The notes under the pieces: model-generated
The model's input: the letters and a program-made list of their open reading frames with translations, nothing else
Database searches by the model: none
What the model was told of the DNA's origin: nothing
Position numbers and translations under genes: made by a program
Virus record (IMG/VR): IMGVR_UViG_3300025513_000015
Location: 1 to 43,080 of that record
DNA from: a virus
Lineage: Duplodnaviria > Caudoviricetes
DNA: 43,080 bases
Direction: 5' to 3' (one strand)
Shown here: piece after piece, positions 37,228 through 43,080 of the stretch
Position numbering within the stretch: position 1 is the stretch's first letter
Layout of the letters: every line of letters begins with the position of its first letter

Positions 37228-37408
37228 ATCTTCTTTTAAATGACTTAGGAAATTCATTGTAGTTTAGATATTCAGTATAAGCCCATTGCCAATCATTACC
37301 ATATTCAGCTTTACAGTAATTTTTTAAATCATTATCCGGGTTATTTTTAAATAAAATGCTAAAGAAGTTTAGGAAGTGGTTCTTAGCACTATCTGTGAGA
37401 TTCATCAT
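37220..37408 (-). CDS. Hypothetical protein
   Basis: 62 aa; YCKAEYGNDWQWAY. Confidence 0.6.
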   Translation of the reverse strand: MMNLTDSAKNHFLNFFSILFKNNPDNDLKNYCKAEYGNDWQWAYTEYLNYNEFPKSFKRRSI

Positions 37409-37429
37409 GCCCAGAAGATAGGCTAAAAA

Positions 37430-37633
37430 TTATTTTTTACTCTTGTTTTTTTGAGACTTCTTATCTGCATAAAAAGCATACTTCCATTGTTGGCTAGAGA
37501 CTAAAGATATATCATCATGTAAAACTTTAATTAATCCTAGATTTAATTCTAAAGGTTTATGCTTCTCCATTTTATCATGCTCATCATCTGTAAAAGTACA
37601 ATAAAACTTTCCGTCTTGATAAGATAATCTCAT
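37430..37633 (-). CDS. Hypothetical protein
   Basis: 67 aa; ATGA-coupled to the upstream peptide; AAGGA upstream. Confidence 0.6.
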   Translation of the reverse strand: MRLSYQDGKFYCTFTDDEHDKMEKHKPLELNLGLIKVLHDDISLVSSQQWKYAFYADKKSQKNKSKK

Positions 37634-37740
37634 TTAAGTTTATCCTTATGAATTGTCGCTTGCCTATCTCCTATGATCCATACCATAAGAGCTATAAGCA
37701 CCAACAGTAGTGTATTAAGTATAAGTAGTGCAATGATCAT
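37630..37740 (-). CDS. Small membrane peptide (36 aa, MIIALLILNTLLLVLIALMVWIIGDRQATIHKDKLK)
   Basis: Manually translated; AGGAGG SD; one TM helix. Confidence 0.7.
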   Translation of the reverse strand: MIIALLILNTLLLVLIALMVWIIGDRQATIHKDKLK

Positions 37741-37906
37741 TTGATTCCTCCTTATATTTTTCTATCATTAGTTCTCCTGTTAAGTCATATTTTTCTATCA
37801 TTAGTTCTCCTGTTAATTCATCAGTGTAAACCAAACCATCCATTGTAAAGGTATATATTTTTAGCTTTGAGTAGACACTTTCTTCTGATTTTTTATCTAT
37901 GTTCAT
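37715..37906 (-). CDS. Hypothetical protein with tandem duplication
   Basis: ATGA-coupled to the polymerase; LTGELMIEKY occurs twice. Confidence 0.55.
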   Translation of the reverse strand: MNIDKKSEESVYSKLKIYTFTMDGLVYTDELTGELMIEKYDLTGELMIEKYKEESNDHCTTYT

Positions 37907-39786
37907 TTTATTTCTCCCCAGTTTTTACCTAGTTCCACATCACACTTTGAAGGTACGTGAAGTTCAACAGCAGACTCCATAACATCTTTGATACCTTGTA
38001 TCTGGGTCTCATCTTCAACGGAGATATCTAATTCATCGTGGATTTGAATCATAGGAATAACGCGGAAAGCCTTCCATAATTCAACCATTGCCTTTTTGGT
38101 CTGATCTGCTGCCGAACCTTGTATTAAACGATTAAGAGCACGATAAGTATGAGCTCTTTTAATTTGATTAAGAGGCCATTTCTTTAACGCATTCTCGTAG
38201 TTTGAAACTGTTTTATCTTCAAAGTCTCTGCTCTCCCATAATTCAAAACGACACTTGCGTCCAAGAAGAGTTCTCATATGACCTTGTTGGTCCGTGTGCC
38301 TAGTAGCTAAACTAATGATGTCTTTTAAGAAAGGCACTCCTTCATTATATGTTTTCTTTAATTGTTTTGCTTGTTCTACTGTAATATCTAAAGAAGCAGC
38401 GAGCTTCGCTAATCCCATTCCATACATTAAACCTAGTCCAATAGTCTTAGCTTCTTTTCTAGATATACCAGCCATGTCTGCTGTCACCTGATGAAAGTCT
38501 GTGCCTTCATCTTTAAAAAATTTAATTAAAGTATCTGCTCCATCTAAATCTCTGTGTTTAGCATAATGAACTAAAAGTCTTGGCTCTTGCTGTGAATAGT
38601 CAAACGTTCCCCACTTCGTTCCTTCTTCAGGAATAAAGATAGATCTGATCATAGGACCAATTAATTGATCTCTAGCTGGTATCTGTTGTAAATTAGGATT
38701 ACTCATAGACATTCGACCACTGACCGTTCCCCCATCATCACCTCTCATTTGATGAATCTCTGCATGGATTCTTCCATTAACTTCATGTTTAATAAAAGTA
38801 TCTACAAAAGTTGTATGTGCTTTATTAAATTCACGAGCTCTCACTATAGAATTAACAATAGGATTAGAGTGCGTATTTAAAAAAGCTTTATCAAACTTTG
38901 GTTGTTTAGATTTTTCTGTTAATTCATACTCCTCACCAATTTTATCAAAAACTTTTTGAATAGCCGTCGCTGTCCAAATGTCTCTGTCTGAGAAATCAAT
39001 ATTCGTTTCTTTCATAATATTGTAATAGATTTTCTTTTCTTCTTTTTTAAAATACTTCTTAACTTGATCGGCTCTTTCCATATCAACACGAACACCTTTC
39101 CATTTCATCTCAATAAGGAGAGGAAGAAGATCTGTTTCTAATTGAAAGATATCATTAAGATTTTGTTTTTGTATTTCAATTTTAAATATATTCCAAAGTT
39201 TTAAAGTTAAGTCTGTATCTTTCTCTGCATAAGGAGCAGCATATTCTACCGGCACCCAATCCATATGTTCTTTAGGATTAAAACCAAAATCTTTTCCAAA
39301 TTGGTCAAGTCCTGTTTCGTATTTTCTTTCTCCTAAATAATCTTTACCTAAAGAATTTAAAGCATAACTGAATCTGTTCTCATCAATCAGAGGAGCAGCG
39401 ATCATTGTATCATAGATTTTACAGTTACACTCAACGCCCCATTGTCTAAGCCAACCAATATCATAACTAGCATTGTGGCAGATAACATCAGGATCATTTT
39501 TGAATACATCTTTTAACCAATTTTTTACCATGGACTCGTCAAAATTTCCACCTCTTTGATGGCGAGTGGGAAAGTAACCATTAAAGCCTGGAGTTGAAAT
39601 AGCAACACCTACTATAAATCCACTGCCCGTTGCCCAACCAGGGCCTTTCGTTTTTAATTCGGGATCATAAGTTTCTAAATCTATACATATTTCTGTGATT
39701 TGTTTAGGGTCAGGAAACTCTGTTGGTGGCTCCCATGTAGGTAAATTATCTCCTCTTAATAAATCTAATTGTTGTTGAAACCTCAT
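37903..39786 (-). CDS. polA: Family A DNA polymerase (3'-5' exonuclease + polymerase; no 5'-3' exonuclease)
   Basis: ExoI DLET, ExoII HNASYD, ExoIII YAEKD; SGRMS..PNLQQIP; motif A DYSQQEPR; motif B RKEAKTIGLGLMYG; motif C IHDEL. Confidence 0.95.
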   Translation of the reverse strand: MRFQQQLDLLRGDNLPTWEPPTEFPDPKQITEICIDLETYDPELKTKGPGWATGSGFIVGVAISTPGFNGYFPTRHQRGGNFDESMVKNWLKDVFKNDPDVICHNASYDIGWLRQWGVECNCKIYDTMIAAPLIDENRFSYALNSLGKDYLGERKYETGLDQFGKDFGFNPKEHMDWVPVEYAAPYAEKDTDLTLKLWNIFKIEIQKQNLNDIFQLETDLLPLLIEMKWKGVRVDMERADQVKKYFKKEEKKIYYNIMKETNIDFSDRDIWTATAIQKVFDKIGEEYELTEKSKQPKFDKAFLNTHSNPIVNSIVRAREFNKAHTTFVDTFIKHEVNGRIHAEIHQMRGDDGGTVSGRMSMSNPNLQQIPARDQLIGPMIRSIFIPEEGTKWGTFDYSQQEPRLLVHYAKHRDLDGADTLIKFFKDEGTDFHQVTADMAGISRKEAKTIGLGLMYGMGLAKLAASLDITVEQAKQLKKTYNEGVPFLKDIISLATRHTDQQGHMRTLLGRKCRFELWESRDFEDKTVSNYENALKKWPLNQIKRAHTYRALNRLIQGSAADQTKKAMVELWKAFRVIPMIQIHDELDISVEDETQIQGIKDVMESAVELHVPSKCDVELGKNWGEIK

Positions 39787-41291
39787 GATAATATCTCCTC
39801 AAATTCATACTTGGTAGATGAAGGTACTATATAAAGATTTTCTTTTGCTCGGGTTAAACCCACATAAAAAACTCTTCTTTCTTCGTCCCGCATTGACCAA
39901 AGTGTTTTACTAATTCGGTAAGATAAATCAGAAAATAAAACTACGTTCTGACTTTCTCCTCCCTTTGCTCCATGAATTGTAGAAAGTTTTATCTTTGCTT
40001 TCTCATCTAAGTCATGACCTCTGTCAAGGATTTGTTGTATGTATAGTCTTTCGAACCCTGTAATTTTTGTAAGGACAGTGTCCCAAGGGCTTTGAATAGA
40101 TAAGTTTAACCCCCAATTTCTACAAAGTTCTTGGTAGTTAAAACTTTCTTCTTGATTGGCTCCAGGTAAAGTCTTCTTTCCTCGAGTTACTCCATTATCT
40201 CCTAACGACATATATTGATATAAATTTTTAGCCTCATCATAAGAAACATTTTCTTGACGTTGAAGTTTTCTCCAAGACCTATAAGCTTGAAGAATCTGAG
40301 GACTAATAGAAGAGCCATTATTCTTTTCAAATAAATGTCCTCTTCTTTTAACTTCTTCCGCTACTCTTTCTAAGAAATAATTTGTACGAGTAAGAACTAA
40401 CCACTGCCCTTGGCTCATATCAATACTTTCAAAAGGAACAGTTCTAATCATTCCCACAGAATCTCTAGGCGTCCAAATCTTAGGTATTCTTTTTGTTATT
40501 CTATCTACTAATCTATTTGATCTTATGAAAACACTTTTAGGTATACGATAAGATTTATTAAGAACTTGAGTTCTACAATCTAAGTCTATGAGCTTAGTTA
40601 CATCTGCTCCTGACCAAGAAAAAATAGCTTGATCATCATCTCCAGCTATGTAAACCGCCTTCGCTTGTGCCTGGAGCATAGAGACTATCCCCCATTCTGA
40701 GGGCTTCAAGTCTTGAACCTCATCTATAATGACGATATCTAATCGAGGAGTAGTTTTTTGAAGAACAAATTCATTAATTAAATCCGTATAATCTTTAATA
40801 TTATTTGTTTTTTTAAACATTCTATAATTTTTATCTATGCGTTGAAGTCTTTCAAATCCTCCTTTGACATGTCCAAATTTTTTAAACTCTTCGTAAAGAG
40901 TAGTATTTCTTACTCGATATAAATCAATAAGATGGAGTCCTGAGTCTTCATCTCCTGATCCTTTACTATGGATGGATTGACCAATGTCTACTCCATATTG
41001 TTTTTTAAATTCTTTAAAGTCATGCTCTTGAATAATATCAGTAGGAGTACACCCCAACCATTTATAAGATAAACTATGCAGAGTTCTAAACCATTTAAGA
41101 TCTTTCCTTGCTAGCTTAAATTTAACAGAAGCTCTTTCGATAGCTTCATTAGTAGCTTTCCTTGTAAAAGAAAAGAAGCCAATTCTATCTGGCTCACGAC
41201 CCTCTGCTAATTCTTGCTCAATAATATTTAAAAGAGTAGTCGTCTTTCCTGTGCCAGGAGGTCCAATTAATTTTACTGTATTCTCTAAAAT
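39783..41291 (-). CDS. UvrD/Rep-like SF1 DNA helicase (extends 5' of the ORF-track call; start probably ATT 41291)
   Basis: In-frame upstream GPPGTGKT, SFTRKA and FRTLHS; then IDEVQD, GDDDQAIF, SYR, STIHGAKGGE, YVGLTRAK. Confidence 0.9.
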   Translation of the reverse strand: MLENTVKLIGPPGTGKTTTLLNIIEQELAEGREPDRIGFFSFTRKATNEAIERASVKFKLARKDLKWFRTLHSLSYKWLGCTPTDIIQEHDFKEFKKQYGVDIGQSIHSKGSGDEDSGLHLIDLYRVRNTTLYEEFKKFGHVKGGFERLQRIDKNYRMFKKTNNIKDYTDLINEFVLQKTTPRLDIVIIDEVQDLKPSEWGIVSMLQAQAKAVYIAGDDDQAIFSWSGADVTKLIDLDCRTQVLNKSYRIPKSVFIRSNRLVDRITKRIPKIWTPRDSVGMIRTVPFESIDMSQGQWLVLTRTNYFLERVAEEVKRRGHLFEKNNGSSISPQILQAYRSWRKLQRQENVSYDEAKNLYQYMSLGDNGVTRGKKTLPGANQEESFNYQELCRNWGLNLSIQSPWDTVLTKITGFERLYIQQILDRGHDLDEKAKIKLSTIHGAKGGESQNVVLFSDLSYRISKTLWSMRDEERRVFYVGLTRAKENLYIVPSSTKYEFEEILS

Positions 41292-42838
41292 GGTACTTCT
41301 CCTTCTGACGCATCTAAATTTTCTAAAAGATCTTCTTCAATTTTAACAGACTTTCCAAACTTATCATTAGCTAAGACCCAAACAAGTTGTCCTTTTTTAC
41401 CTTCTAAAGTTTTTTGTTTAGTCTCTCCTCCAAAAGAACGAAGCCATACTCCCACTTGATTAGTAGTGACTGCTGAGAATTTTTTATTCTTTAAAAACTC
41501 TATAAGTTGATCTGTTCTAAAATAAATTTCATTCTTCTCTTCATCAATAAAGCAACTACCAGCTAACACTTCATCAATACTAATAGCATTACCTTGATTT
41601 CTAATAAACTTAAGTAAGGCATTTTTAAATTGACCTTCCATTGTTAATTCATATTCTGCTTCCACAATCTCTGTGGTTTCTAATAAACTATTAATCATCT
41701 CATCATAATCGTCTCTCTTTAACATTGGAGGCATACGAGTAATTGTAACAGCGCACTTTTTTCTAAACCTATGTTGGTCATAGAGTTCATCAATATTTAA
41801 AGTAATTCTTTGATCTCCTACATTTAAATGAAAAATACTTTCATCACCATTTCTAAACATAACCATATTTTTTAATTCAGCACCGACTGAGTTTTCTCCA
41901 ATACCAAACTTACGGATTTTACATTTACTTTTATTACAAAAAGAACACATAGGTTGGTCTTTACATTTATATCCCCAATCTTTTTTCTCTGATTGTTTTA
42001 CAATCTTTTCTATTTGTTTAGGAGGTAGAGGAGAGGGAAAATACTTATGATGAAACTCATAAATCTTTTGTTCAAATTCATCTGGCCATTTCTTTTTTGC
42101 GTAAACTGCATATTGAAATAAGAAATTATCTCTATTGCCAGATTCAACATGACCATTCTCATTAATATAAGCTTCAATACAAAAAGGTGCATCAAAGAAT
42201 TCTGACTTTTCTTTTGTAACTTTTAATTTTTTAAACTCTTCGATAGTAAGAGATTTTTTTTCTACTTCTTCTAAAAACTTATCAATGCTCATAGCATTGC
42301 CTTCATCATCATAAGCATATCTAGTAGAGTAATTATTACCATTATGATAAGGAAGATTTAAAAAGTTTCCTACATCACCTCGTTCTTTATCTAAGACGGC
42401 CTGCTTAGGAAAAATTTCACAATCACCATGACCAATAGAAGAAGCTATCTCAGACATTTTTTCTAAAACTAATTTCGCGGGAGCATATTCTTTTAAAAAG
42501 ACAAAGATGTGAGCACCTCCACTTTTTGACCTAGCAACAATAAACGGAAGTTTTTTTTTATTTAATTTTACAACTAACGCTTTATGGTCAAGGGGATAGG
42601 TGTCCACATCAATACATCCCCAACGGCAAGTGGAGTCATCGGTGATAGGGATAACGCCGAAACTCGGATACTTGCCATCAAGGTGGTCTAGCCAAAGCTG
42701 ATCAACGACAGGTTTTTTGGTAATAAAAGCTTTACCTGTTTCCTTGCCATCTTCCCGTTGATCTTCTTTAATAAATTGACCGTAGGCTCGGTCTAAACCA
42801 AAAAAGATCTCTTTAAATTTTGAGACCCTTGAATCCAT
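41285..42838 (-). CDS. AEP-family primase/primase-polymerase
   Basis: WGCIDVD (motif I), RSKSGGAH (motif II), NLPY; PriCT-like G.RDN.LF; Cys cluster CKDQPMCSFCNKSKC. Confidence 0.85.
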   Translation of the reverse strand: MDSRVSKFKEIFFGLDRAYGQFIKEDQREDGKETGKAFITKKPVVDQLWLDHLDGKYPSFGVIPITDDSTCRWGCIDVDTYPLDHKALVVKLNKKKLPFIVARSKSGGAHIFVFLKEYAPAKLVLEKMSEIASSIGHGDCEIFPKQAVLDKERGDVGNFLNLPYHNGNNYSTRYAYDDEGNAMSIDKFLEEVEKKSLTIEEFKKLKVTKEKSEFFDAPFCIEAYINENGHVESGNRDNFLFQYAVYAKKKWPDEFEQKIYEFHHKYFPSPLPPKQIEKIVKQSEKKDWGYKCKDQPMCSFCNKSKCKIRKFGIGENSVGAELKNMVMFRNGDESIFHLNVGDQRITLNIDELYDQHRFRKKCAVTITRMPPMLKRDDYDEMINSLLETTEIVEAEYELTMEGQFKNALLKFIRNQGNAISIDEVLAGSCFIDEEKNEIYFRTDQLIEFLKNKKFSAVTTNQVGVWLRSFGGETKQKTLEGKKGQLVWVLANDKFGKSVKIEEDLLENLDASEGEVPF

Positions 42839-43078
42839 TTAGAATGGTATGTCCCCTGACATTTGATCAGATTCTTCATCATACTTAGGTTTAATTAAAC
42901 CTTTTCTAATAGACTCATTAAAGTCGCTCGCCATTTCAAAAGTATTATCATCAGTGATAAATTCTTTTTTATCTAGCACCCAACCAAACCAAGAACCTTT
43001 TGAGTTTGTTTGTTTTGTAGTTGTAAGGTGATAAATTCTGTACCACGAAGGAGCTAAGAACATTTTTTTACTCGTAGG
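42839..43078 (-). CDS. C-terminal part of a putative ssDNA-binding protein, truncated by the window edge
   Basis: Frame is open to the window end; N.KGSWFGW; acidic DIPF tail; upstream of primase. Confidence 0.6.
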   Translation of the reverse strand, partial: PTSKKMFLAPSWYRIYHLTTTKQTNSKGSWFGWVLDKKEFITDDNTFEMASDFNESIRKGLIKPKYDEESDQMSGDIPF

Positions 43079-43080
43079 AT

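Noticed and set aside
37220-37408. IscA/HesB-like N-terminus (MNLTDSAKNH)
   Set aside because: Lacks the GC.G and CGCG motifs and is too short.
38294-38491. + strand ORF inside the polymerase gene
   Set aside because: Antisense shadow of polA.
1-43080. Alternative genetic code, introns or inteins, integrase, tRNA genes
   Set aside because: Standard-code ORFs tile densely using all three stops; terminase, polymerase and helicase have normal lengths; no recombinase motifs or cloverleafs were seen in the few intergenic gaps.

Overview
The window is about 43 kb of an AT-rich, tailed dsDNA phage genome with podovirus-like organisation; no host genes, integrase, tRNA, rRNA or CRISPR array were seen. 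From the left, it carries: (1) the 3' part of a class II glutamine amidotransferase-like gene; (2) a non-coding control region with phased repeats and a long palindrome; (3) a long + strand morphogenesis block (terminase, portal, holin, GroES, scaffold, Mu-gpT-like major capsid, adaptors, tail fibres, tail stabilisation protein, internal/ejection proteins, lysozyme); and (4) a convergent - strand replication block (Leu762-type family A DNA polymerase, SF1 helicase, AEP primase, truncated SSB-like gene). Gene content and order resemble, from memory and not from a search, marine HTVC023P/vSAG 37-F6-like pelagiphages; the host cannot be read from the sequence. Most notable features: a short [M/F/L/K]xxGG peptide motif shared by several otherwise unrelated late proteins; a 2OG-Fe(II) oxygenase/JmjC/glycosyltransferase cluster interleaved with the tail genes; a multiply pseudoknotted RNA after the capsid gene with its own promoter nested in the capsid terminator; a helicase with no canonical start codon (AUU start or -1 frameshift from the primase); and apparently leaderless module-leading genes.
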